From the human T2T-CHM13v2.0 reference genome, Homo sapiens, in NCBI RefSeq assembly GCF_009914755.1, contig NC_060935.1: a stretch of DNA of 64,000 nucleotides. One strand, given 5' to 3'. Of this stretch, positions 27,399 through 39,577 are shown one piece after another. A model generated the notes under the pieces. That model was not told where the DNA came from. It worked only from the letters and a program-made list of their open reading frames with translations, and did no database searches. Within the stretch, counting starts at the first letter, position 1. The number at the start of each line of letters is the position of its first letter. The position numbers and the translations under genes are program-made.

Positions 27399-28797
27399 TT
27401 ATTATGACCCAACATAAGGATATATTTTATGTTTAGACCCACAAACACAAATACAAATATAAATATAATTAAACAGAATTTCATGGAATAGCTATTACTC
27501 TTATTCGGCTGCATCTGGTATTTCCTATTATATTCTATTTCATTTATTTAAAATGCGGGTCAGGACCCCGTTAAACTGATTTCATGACCCACAATTGGGT
27601 GACCAACTACTGTTTGAAAAACATTATTGCTATATAGTGTTACAGAGCAAATACAGAATAAGTCTATTCCTCATTTCTTTCTAAAAGATTTTGAAATATT
27701 TGAAGGTTGTCATTATTATTATGTCTTAATCTTCTCTTTTCTACACTAGATATGGCCGAGTTTCCCCATCCACTCCCATCCTGCTCAACACCTTCTGAGT
27801 GCTTTCTAGCTGAGAAACATTTCACTTAAAATTTGGCACTGAGACATGAGCACATCACCTCACATATAACTTGGCCAATACGTGGCATTGTGGGACCATT
27901 AGACCTCTTGATTTCAACTCCCCTGCCTGAGTTTATATCAATCAGTTAATTAATATTCATTTGGGTATAGTTATAATTACTAATTTACCTAAAATACCTA
28001 ACCTAGCCCATTTTTTTTTTCTGTTTTGTCTATTTTGGTATCTTGAAATATTTTTCCTATTTGTTGGGGTGGGGGGATGGGGAGCTCAAATCAAGATGAT
28101 AATTATTCATGTTTCCTGGATCTGCCCAAAACTCAGGAAATATAAACAAAAAGAAACTATGTGTCTAGCACAGTCTAGCACAGCAATAATTAAAACTCCA
28201 CGAAAATGACCATATTTGGTAAGAAAATGGCTAACAGGTTAATAATAGTTAATATTTCTAGAACACCTGCTGCAAGTTAAGCACTGGACTAAGAGCTTTA
28301 CATGTAATTTACTCATGAATTTCTCACAGTCCTGTGAGGTGGATACTATTGTAACCACCGCTTATGAAATGAGGAAAAACGGCTTTACAGAAGTTAAGTC
28401 GTTCAGCCAATATCATAGGACTACTAAGTGGCAGAGGAGGGGTGATTCCAGGCCCATCTGGCTGCTAAGTCTGTGTTTTAAAATCTGTAACTGCTTCCCA
28501 CAGAGAGGAAACCACCTCTGGTGGTTTAAAAAGAGAGAGTGCCTGTAACATGCTGAGAATAATGCTTACATGGAGGCTTAATAAATAGATCTTACTGTCT
28601 CCTATAAGAAAAGGGAACAGCTTAGTAGCAAATTCAGGCCACTAAGAGTCCCCAGGAGTCTGTGAAAACTGTCTAGATTCATCACTAACCACAATGGGGC
28701 AGGCCTCAGAGTGCTTTCCAGTCGGGAAGTAAGGTCTGGAGTCAAGAAACATCTTTCTTGTACCCATGAGATGGGAGGCAACATAAAATAGTAGTTA

Positions 28798-29145
<348 letters not shown>

Positions 29146-29154
29146 TTAATTTCA

Positions 29155-30605
29155 AATTAATTTCAGGGTTTTTTGAGGCTTTTGACACAGTTATTAGCTA
29201 AAAAATCAAATGTTCAAAGATATGGAGCAGTGCCTAATGTCTGGAGAGCAGCACTACCATTTATTATTTCATTTATAGTTGGGAAAGTTTTTGATGGTAC
29301 TAACAGATCAAAGTGGTGGCAGGAGGTTTTGGAACGGCTGGTTTAAATGGCTTCAGGAGACTTCAGTGTTTTGTTTAGCTACATGATTGAATGCGTAATA
29401 AATGCTTTGTGCTTTTGACTATCAATGCCTAGAGAAAGTGCATCAGTGAAGAGATGCAGGACGTTCAACTGATTGGCAAAAAGCAAGCTTTAGCTTGTCT
29501 TACAGGATGCTTAGTTTGCCAGTACACTTCAGACCAATGGGATAGTCATAGATGGCGTGACAGTGTTTAAAGGCAACAAAAGGCTACATCTCCATGTGGC
29601 CAGCACTGTCATGAGCCTCACTAAGCTATTTTGAAGATTTTTAAGCAATGATAAATTAAAAAGAAATTATACCCCACCTAAAGTAGTACATAAAGTATAG
29701 CAGGATTTCCGTATACTCTGCAATCAGTTCTTTGAAAGAAAAGTCAAAAAGTAGAGAATACAAGAAATTTTTGGGATATAATTTGAATGACTGTGAAAAC
29801 ATGACCTTTGATACTGAACTCATTTGCTCACTCCTTAACTTGACAGCAAAGCCCAGTATGTACAACTGTGTTGACTGTGGGTGGTCTCCAAGGCCACGCT
29901 GCTCTCTGAATTGATTTTGAGTTTTGTTTGTAAGATGATCACAGTCATGTTACACTGACCTGAAGGGCATATATATACATAACACTTTAAAAAAAACACT
30001 CTGCCTCATTCTTATTTCAAGATGAATTTCTATACGGATTAGATATGTTTTTTTCTGAAGATCATATCAATTAGACATTTTGAAAATGACTTAAAATGTT
30101 TTCCTTAATGTTCTCAGAAAACAAGTTTCTTTTGTAGTTTTAACCAAAAAAGTGCCCTTTTTGTCACTGGATTCACCTAGCATTCATAATTTTTTTTTCA
30201 TACAATGAATTAAAATTTGCTAAAATCATGGACTGGCTTTCTGGTTGGATTTCAGGTGAGATGTGTTTAAGGCCAGAGCTTTTCTCAATATTTGATTTTT
30301 TTCCTCAATATTTGATTTTTTAAAAATATACACATAGGTGCTGCATTTATATCTGCTGGTTTAAATTCTGTCATATTTCACTTCTAGACTTTTAGTATGG
30401 CAAATCATATTTTACTTTTACTTAAGCATTTGTAGTTTGGAGTATCTGGTACTAGCTAAGAAATAATTCTATAGTTGAGTTTTCTGCTCACCATATATGG
30501 ATCATTCCTCATCTATAATGTGCCCCAAATGCAGCTTCATTTTCCAGATACCTTGACGCAGAGTGAAGTTTTTCATCTTTTAGGTGCAAAAAAAAAAAAA
30601 AAAAA
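29155..30605 (+). pseudogene. 5'-truncated processed pseudogene: distal ~1.43 kb of the IGF2BP3 3'UTR plus poly(A)
   Basis: AT-rich, non-repeat, mRNA-like segment ending ...GATACCTTGACGCAGAGTGAAGTTTTTCATCTTTTAGGTGC + A18 (30588-30605), flanked by a direct duplication. It follows the recalled IGF2BP3/KOC 3'UTR colinearly from AATTAATTTCAGGGTTTTTTGAGGCTTTTGACACAG to the mRNA end. Confidence 0.8.
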
Positions 30606-30925
30606 GGGCAAGAGCTCTGCAAAAACCAGACTTGAATCTTGAATCTTGGCTCTGTCACTTATTAGCCATGTGATCTCAGGTAATTCACAGGACCTCGCCT
30701 AGCCTCCAGTCCACATGGGTAACACATGGGTAATAATATCTGCCATACTGATGGAATGAGATAATGAATGAAATCATCTGGTTCAGAGGAGACACTCCAT
30801 ATGTGCCAGTTCAACATAGAAAACTGGATTATGATCTTTCTTCTTGTACAATATCATGTGCCTGTTTCCTTATTTAGGTTGAAATTCTGAATGCATAGAA
30901 ATATAGGCCCTCAAATATCCTAAAC

Positions 30926-31111
30926 CAGTGGTTCTCAAAGTGTGGTCCATGGACAAGCAGCATCAGCACAATCAGATAATTTGTTGCCAATGCAAATTCT
31001 TGGGCCCCATCCAGGCCTACCAAATCAGAAACTCTGGAGCGGGGCCCTGCAATCTGTGTTTTAGCAAGCCCTTCAGGTGATACTGATACAGCTAAAGTTT
31101 AAGAACTACTG
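30926..31111. mobile_element. MER5A
   Basis: CAGTGGTTCTCAAAGTGTGGTCC...AAGTTTAAGAACTACTG terminal inverted repeats. Confidence 0.85.
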
Positions 31112-31837
31112 CCCTAATGGCACTGAAGATTCTGAGTCTTCTCCTGTTTTCAACAGGACTCAGTTAAAGCTCTAAAGAGGCTGCATCTTTTGGGTAGATA
31201 TTGTAATCAAATACATAGACTGTGGAGTTTACTTTCAGGTTGTTTCCATTTAATCTTTTTATTGTTGTTTATCCCAAACTGGCCATTTTCTGATTTCTCT
31301 TTCTCTCCTCTATTTAATTTGAAACCCCTATTGTATATACCTTACATCACATAGGTTGAATAGAAAGGGGCCATTCCCAGACACCCAGGTAAAGGAGACA
31401 AGTAACATTCCTAAAGAGCTTTCCTGGGCCATCCCTGCATCCTCAGCACAGGGTACCTGCAGGGACTATACTTCCTTTGCCTCCTTTAAGTTCCTGGAAC
31501 TTTCTGAGAATTTTTCTGCCACAAGATCTTTGCACATGATATTGGCTTGGCCTGGAATGCTCTTCCTGCCTCCTTTATGTGGCCAAACCTTCCTGTCTTT
31601 TAGGTCTTTACTTACATATCTCCTTGGAGAAGGCTTCCCCTTTCATCCTCTCTAAATGACCACTTTCTCCCTAATTGTTAACCCCTCTGTTATTGCAGTC
31701 CTAGTCTGCTCCTTTTTTTCATTGCACATAGGCTAGTTTGTAATTGTAGACTTCTTTATATGTTTTAGTAAGACAAAGCCCATACCAGGGTATTTGAGCA
31801 TCTAGCAGAGTATGTGGATTATCAATGTAATCAATAA

Positions 31838-32106
<269 letters not shown>

Positions 32107-32113
32107 TGAATGA

Positions 32114-32505
<392 letters not shown>

Positions 32506-33339
32506 CAGGACTTTATTTTTTCTAGTTATTTCTAATTTTTTTCTAGTTATTTTTAATTATTCCTCTCTCTCTCCCAATCCATACTTTGGACTTTTCTGAA
32601 GACTTGTACCTAGCATGATACTGGCTCTATGGCTGAGATGCAATAAATGCTTTCTGATTTCTTGATCAATAACTTATAGAACATTTAAGACATGAATTTT
32701 AACTTCTTCCCTCACTTTGAGTTTATGCTGTAAAACAAATTTTTCTCCTGAATGGAACCATCTAGAGTGTCTGGAGCCATTAGGAATGGTGAGAATTTCC
32801 CCACTTCTCTGTCTTTCCTTGGCTTTTAAAAAGGTGTAAGACCTGTTGGTCTGTAGTGCATATTCTGGAGAGAGAAGAACTAAAATTGCTGAACAGGTTG
32901 TGGAGGGGTCATTTCTCTCACTGTTCTTTCTATGAACTGAAAATATATGTTTTCAGTATAAACATCCAATAATTACTTTCAAAATGGGGATTACAAGGGT
33001 TCTTTAGGGTGAACATTCTGAACTTCAGCTATTGTGAAACTCCTTATTTTTAATAGTGGCTTTATGTTGTTTTAGAAACTCAGTATGATTCCAGTTTTAG
33101 AAACAAAAATGTGTCTATATCATCACTGGAAATCAGAGAGGAAAACATGATTAGTTTTTTTGCTCATGAAAAGAGGAAAGGGAAGCAATCATAATAGAAT
33201 GATATATTATAGGGTGGATGGAACTGAAGCTGCTATTAGTATGCAATTAGATTCACCCAGTATCTCAATGGAATGATCAATATGATTAGAAGCTTGGGAG
33301 CTTCTTTTAAAGTGGGTAACATCAATTAATCAACTAACT

Positions 33340-33547
33340 CAGTGGTTCTCAATCAGAGGCAATTTTGCCCCCTAGGGGACATTTGGCAATGTCTGGAGAC
33401 AGTTTTTGTTTTCATAAATGAAGGTAGAGGGGGTGGTTGCCACTGGCATCTAGTGGGTAGAGGCCATCCCTACAATGCACTGGGCAGTCTCTCACAACAA
33501 AGAATCATCAGCCCCAAATGTCAGAGGGCCAGGGTTGAGAAACCCTG
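33340..33547. mobile_element. MER20 DNA transposon
   Basis: CAGTGGTTCTCAATCAGAGGCAATTTTGCCCCCTAGGGGACATTTGGCAATGTCTGGAGAC...GAGAAACCCTG. Confidence 0.9.
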
Positions 33548-34484
33548 CAATAACATCAGCCAAAAAAGTATTATGAGTTTTCAGTACTCCCAAGGTTTCC
33601 GTAGTAGTAGTAGCAAATAATGTTTAGAATAACTGTCATGTATCGAATATCTACTCCATGTCGGAATCTTTATATTTACAGCTGGTCTGTCTCAGTCCGG
33701 GTCTGACACCAGTTTGTTTGGGGCCAACGTCTCTACTCTTCTTCCTTACCCCATTTGGTACAGGTGCATTTTCTCTGGACATCAGCATATCTATCCTCAG
33801 TTTCTTGTGTTTATATAGATAAAATTATGTGTTTAGTGCATATTAGGTAATATGCTTACAGGAGAAAGCAGTCAAGCCAGAAGAGACTGGTGTGTCACTA
33901 TGGGTGTGAAACGAAAAACATCCCGACAAACAGGCCTCAGATCTATAACTTAACGATCCCGCCAAACTACCTATGTAGCATGGTAGCACAGAGCCTGGTC
34001 CTCAGTAGGTACTTAATAAATATTTGTTGGGAAACTTTTTTCATAATCCACACAGAGTCCTTGATAAGCTTCAAATGGAGCAGGGTGTTCAAATGATCTC
34101 TTCTGTTGCATAACATTTTATTTGTTCCAGGAGCAGTTTCTTCATCCACAGGCACCTGATATTTCCAGAACTACACAAGTGTCGTACCTTGTGTATCTTC
34201 CCACTTGCCCTCCACATTGTCCTCCTTTTTGTTTTTCATTCTTTCACTCTGAGACCATCTGGTCCTGACAAAGGCTCATCCCCTTGCCCTTTCCTCTCCT
34301 TACGACAATGTACACTCAGTACTCTCTGCTTTAGACACTGCCAGTATTCCCTGAATTATGCTCCTGCCAACAGTTTGCAGGGCAGGGCATGTGTCAGAAT
34401 CTTCAGAGGAGGCATGTGCTGTGTGAAAAAGCTTATTTGAGAATATTATTTTATATTTAGAAAAAGGCAGGAAAAAACACACTA

Positions 34485-34899
34485 GAGTTGACCCTTGAAC
34501 AATGCAGGAGTCACGGGCGCTGACCCCCTCACACAGTTGAAAATCCAAATATAACTTCTGACTCCCCAAAAACTTAACTGCTAATAGCCTACTGTTGACT
34601 GGAAGCCTTACCGATAATATAAACAGTTGATTAACACATATTTCATATGTTATATGTATTAATACTGTATTCTTACAATAAATAATAAGCTATAGAAAAG
34701 AAAATGTTATTAAGAAAATCACAAGGCAGAGATGATCATCATAAAAGTCTTCATCCTTGTCATCTTCACATTGAGTAGGCTGAGGAGGAGGAAGAAGGGG
34801 GTGGGTTGGGCTTGCTGGTTCAGGGTGGCAGAGGTGGAGGAAGATCTGTGTGTAAGTTGACCTGCACTGTTCAAACCTGTGTTGTGCAAGGGTCTGCTG
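34485..34899 (-). mobile_element. Tigger2a-like TcMar element
   Basis: Terminal inverted repeats (G)AGTTGACCCTTGAACAA / TTGTGCAAGGGTCTGCTG with TA target duplications at 34483-34484 and 34900-34901. Confidence 0.8.
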
Positions 34900-37800
34900 T
34901 ATTGCCATTGTAAAACAGAGAACTGAAAGAAAAGGTTGGAAAAAAACTTCTCACCTGGTGATTATATAGGGGTTTATTAACTCTGGGGTTGATGTGACCA
35001 TTTGATGTTTATAAAAAGAAGAAATTAAAAGAAAAGGTGTTTAGAAGCATGGCAGCGTATGCTTTCCTTCCTTGTGTCCATGCCTTTGCTCGAAATATCC
35101 TCCTCTCAGCACCTGGATTTCTTGGAACTTGCCCGTTTTTTTCCTGTGCATCATTCCTCTATGCTCCCATAATGCTTTGTGTCTAATCTCTAGTGTGTTC
35201 ACCATCATTTTTTATCTTTAGCATACTACACTCTGATGTAGTAAATACTTCTGAAAGTGAATTGCAGGAGCACTGACTAACCCCAGTGAGCCAGCTGGAA
35301 ACCTCAATGTGCTAGGAGTCATTTCGAGTGGATTCTAGGACTGCACCTTTAGAGATTCAGAAATTTGGAGGTGGAACATGAGGAGTTTAAATTTTTACAT
35401 GCTTTGGTTTCATAAGTTACACTTCAGAAAGTGCTTGAAATTGAACTTAAAAAATATCCTTACTTGTTCTAGGAGCAAAACAAGCATTTTGATCAAAGCA
35501 GCCTGGGTGCATCAAATCATTGGTTTGTTCATTCAACAGTCATTAATGGAGAACTACCAGTTGTAGCGATGGTCCCAGGTGAGGCTGTGTGTAGTAGCTG
35601 TTCCTTATGTAGTCATGTTCATCCACTCTTCTTTTGCTGTTTGGCTTCTCTGTCTTTGCAAGCCCAAGCCCATTCTTAGGGCCCATTCAGTGAAAGTATT
35701 AGCTGGTAAAGACTTTAAATGTTTGTCAAGAAGGGGTGCTGAGAAAAGTGAGAGGAGAAAGACATTTGCATTTTAATAGAGTATTTAAATTCCTTGGTAT
35801 TTCAAATTACTGGAGAAGAGGAGGGTTTCTAACTTTTACTGAATTCCTAGATGTGCCCAGCACTTGACCTGTATTATCTCATTTAACCCTTGCAATAAGT
35901 TTATGAGGCAAATGTTATTATTTTATAGAGGAGGAAGCTGAGGCTCTCCGTGTCTAGAAATAGATAGAACATGGACTAGAAGCAGGTCTTACTGTAAAGG
36001 CCCTGCTCATTCTCCTCTATCCAGATGCCTCTGTTACTTCAACATTCTTCCCGCCTCTATGCTTGTTGGGAACAGCTTGGTATCACTGGAACATCCTGGT
36101 ACTCGTCCTGTTTTGAGTGAAAGACCGCTCTCTGGGCTGCCCCAAAGAGCACTAAAATTGGCCCATCATCTTCTTAGCTTTCTTAGGAATGAGTAAATGA
36201 CAACTTGGGTCACTTTAGAAAGGATGCTGACCTTTAGGATGAGTGCATAGATCTAAAGAAGGCACAGATGTGGACTGGTTCACTACCTTGCTGTTAGTGA
36301 AGGTGTGTTCAATTTTTATTGTAAACATACTTTGTTTCCATTAGACACAAACCAGACATCAGAATCTCCAGCCAAGTGTGCTTACTGAAAGATGTTATTG
36401 ATAACTTCTTGCTAGTGAAATTCAGAGTCTTTTTTTGCAGGCCTTAGTTCCTGAACAATAGATTCAGGAACTAAGTTAAGGCCTGAAAAGATTGTTTTCT
36501 GCATTTGATGTAGAGCTTATTCACAGATAAGGAAATTAAGGCACAGGAGGGAAACATTGGTCTCCAGCAGTGTTTTCTGCCTGTGCTTCCATGTATCTGA
36601 TTACTGGGTATTAATTTGAGGAGTCTAGGCTAGGTCCACCTGATTGAATCAGAAGATCCTTGAACCCACAAGCTGTGCCTAGCACTTCATTGCAGGTCTA
36701 AGAATCTGTAGCATTTGATAGAAGGACCCACTTCTTAAAACTTCCTCTGGCTTCCATGCCTTTACCTTTTCCCAGCTCTTCTACTTCTCCAGATTCTTCC
36801 TCTTCTCCCTCCTTCTTTCCCTGTTTTCCAGTTGTGGACATTCTGTTAATGAACTGATCTTCAAAGCTTCATCTCTCCTTTTCTCTACACCTCTGTCCTC
36901 CACTTCTCACCCAGTCCCTTGTTCCTTGTTTCCTCTTGCCCAGAGGATAGTAAGTCACTCAGCATCTTTCTCAAACCGTTTCCTCTTCTCAACTGTGCTT
37001 CATCTGTCATTGGTCTAATGATCCATTCTTCTAAGACTGCAAGATCTATTCTTCCTATGACTGGGCTCAAAGCCTAGGTTAACTTGATTACTTTGTCCTT
37101 TTCCCCAGGATAAACAACGAGTCAATGAGAAGAATAAAATCTTGCTTCAAAGATTTGATACCTTTCTTTATGACATCTGGTATCTCCAAAGATATGGTAT
37201 CTCTCATTTCCTTTTTATCACCTCTGTCAACCTCACCTATCATTGCTTCCTGCAACTATCCTAGATAGTCTCTTGAAATAATAATAGCAAATGTATATTG
37301 AATACTACATGCATTGTGCTGAGTATTTTACATTTGTTATTTTATTCAGTCTTCACAACCACTCTGTGAGATGCTATTTTCTTCATCTTGCCAAAAAGGA
37401 TACTGAGGTTTAGAGAAGTTAGGCAACTTGCTCAGCGTCACACAGATACTGAATGGTGGAGCTGCAACTCAGCTCATGCCTGTTTTGTTCTAAACTTGAT
37501 GGTTGTAACTTGGAAATTTTGCTGCTTCCTAGACTATAGGATGGTATCTAGGAGTGGGCAATTAGTAAAGATTAGTTTCCTTTCTTCTTTTTCTATCCAT
37601 CACTTCTTCCCCAATTTGTATTAAATTCGCGCAAATGTTAGGTGAATCAGTGGTCCCTTCACTGTCCATAAGATAACCACTTCAGCTCCTAATTTGCGAT
37701 TCAGGGTTCACAATGTGTAATACAAGGCACATTGAGGCAGAGGTTGTTTCTATACCTGGCTTTGCTACTAAACTTGTTCTGTAACATTGGACAAGTCATT

Positions 37801-38210
37801 CAACAGCTATGCCTGAGCTTCTTCATCCGGCAAGTGAAAGGTTTAGTTGACACTTTCTTAGATTCTTTCCAGGCCTACATTTTTGTGACGTTGTTATTCT
37901 GCCTTCCCTTGTTTTCTCCTCGTTTCTGGTAAAAACGCTTTCCTCTATGCCTTCTTCCCAAGCACCCAGACCTTGTCATCTCCCTCTTGGCTTTTGCCTC
38001 TGCTTGCCCAGTGCTGCCTTTTCCTCTTTCTGCTGTGTCTGAACTCCACCACCCTCCCAGGCTTTTCCTTCTGTGTAGTCAGTGCCTCTCTCCGCCCTTC
38101 CCAGGCATCTGCAGTACTTGGATCTCCTGCTTTGTTGCTTGCCTGTTTTCTGTTCACACATCTTGTCTTCTTAGACAGATAACAGATCCTTGAAGGGCTG
38201 GTCAGCTGCT

Positions 38211-38246
38211 CTAAGTTTCTTTTGTGTGCTAAGTTTCTTTTGTGTG
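38211..38246. repeat. Perfect 18-bp tandem duplication (CTAAGTTTCTTTTGTGTG x2)
   Basis: Directly visible. Confidence 0.9.
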
Positions 38247-39441
38247 TACCAGGGTAGATGACTTTAAATGGAGTAGGCATTTCATAAATAATTGTTAAAT
38301 GATTACATTTGGGCTTTATCTTGAGAGCAGAGTTTACTCAGTAGGAGGGCCCATCAGGGGAATCAGAATCAGGACATGCAACCCACCAGAACTGATGAGA
38401 GGTAAAACTGCTGGCAGTCTAGTTAGGGAACTGCCACAATCCAGGGAGGAGTCCCTGAAGGCCGGACCTAGATAGCAGGTAAACAGAGGCAGGGAGCACC
38501 AGATAAGAGAGGCTTGGTGTGCGCTAACTCTCCCACTAACATCCTGGGCAGCAACTGTACAGTTACCTAGCTTTCTCTTCTCCAAGCAGTAGAGCTGCCC
38601 GGAAAAAGCCAGGCAGAAGTGCTATGGGGCAGGCTCGGGCACCCCAGATTAGGGCTCCAGAGAGCCGCCAGTATAAACCAATATAATGAGGTGGATGAGT
38701 AGTTCTCAGCACAGCCTGATTTTAAGAGGTGGGGCAACATTTTCCCAGAGTCGCTTACTTTCTTTACCTCTACTCAGGCAGATAACAGCCTGGGGATTTA
38801 TGGCCAGAGGATGTACGGTTCTGCGAACACATTTAATATCCGAGGCTGTCAGGTCTGTTTTGGCCCTTCTGTTTGTCAACGGAGCACATAGTAGCAGCTT
38901 ATCGCCCAATCTCAAGTGCGTGATGGAAGCACTGGGGCCTGGGGAATGCTGAGAAAAGTGTGGCCACTTTCTACCTGGAAATTCCACTTAAGAAGAAAAA
39001 AAACCAACCTAAGCAAATCTAGACTTTTGGGCAGATCCGGAAACAGAATTTTGGCCGGCATTGGGCTGGTGGGGAAGGAAGACAAAGTGGAGGGAGAACT
39101 GGTGAGTCTGAAATTAATCAAAACCCGGCAGGGGACAAAGGAAGGGATGCTGTCGCCCTCCTAAGTCTCAGGGAGACACGTCAGCTTGAGCTCTGGGCAA
39201 TTTCAGCCTGGCAGTCTCGCGGCCCGGGGAGGGGCGGCGGGTGTCTGCAGACGGGCTCTAGGGCCCAGCGGCCGGGCGCCACGGCGGGGGTGGAGTGTAG
39301 GGTTCTAGTGACGAGCCCGGGCGACCCTCCCCGGCCCGCGCGCGGGGAGCGGGGAGCGCGGACGGCGGCGGGAGCGCGCGAGAAGCTCTAGGACCCAGCA
39401 GCGGTTGTCGGGTTTGGGGCTGGAGGTGAAGCCCTGTGTGA

Positions 39442-39510
39442 ATGGGGTTGATTGTCCGGCACCACTTCCCCGCGCTGCCCGGCAGCCGTCTTCCCCAGCC
39501 GAGGGACTGA
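39442..39510 (+). CDS. uORF1 in the AMOTL1 5'UTR (22 aa, MGLIVRHHFPALPGSRLPQPRD*)
   Basis: ATG at 39442 and TGA at 39508-39510. It is in the same frame as the main ATG (87 nt upstream) and separated from it by that single stop. Translation is not shown. Confidence 0.5.
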   Translation: MGLIVRHHFPALPGSRLPQPRD

Positions 39511-39517
39511 ACTAGCC

Positions 39518-39574
39518 ATGATCGCCTCATGTGGAGGGCAAAGTTGCGCCGGGGAACTTGTGAGCCTGCGGTGA
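39518..39574 (+). CDS. Overlapping out-of-frame uORF2 (18 aa, MIASCGGQSCAGELVSLR*)
   Basis: GCC-ATG-A at 39518, 11 nt upstream of the main ATG; TGA at 39572-39574, 3 nt before the exon end. Confidence 0.55.
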   Translation: MIASCGGQSCAGELVSLR

Positions 39575-39577
39575 AAG
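39529..39577 (+). CDS. AMOTL1: AMOTL1 first coding exon (49 nt, MWRAKLRRGTCEPAVK-G, phase-1 donor AAG|GTAACC)
   Basis: Translation matches the recalled N-terminus of human angiomotin-like 1 (MWRAKLRRGTCEPAVKGSPSACYSP...) exactly up to the GT donor at 39578. It lies inside a CpG island. The exon-2 peptide (SPSACYSP) was not seen downstream in the window. Confidence 0.93.

Noticed and set aside
29656-29914. Short ORFs inside the retrocopy
   Set aside because: The retrocopy is 3'UTR-derived; these ORFs are chance openings.
30283-30320. Near-tandem CTCAATATTTGATTTTTT duplication
   Set aside because: By recall a similar doublet exists in the parental 3'UTR, so it is inherited rather than a local event.
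39508-39515. Possible stop-codon readthrough joining uORF1 to AMOTL1
   Set aside because: The context is TGA-ACTAG, not the established TGA-CTAG readthrough motif; no other support.
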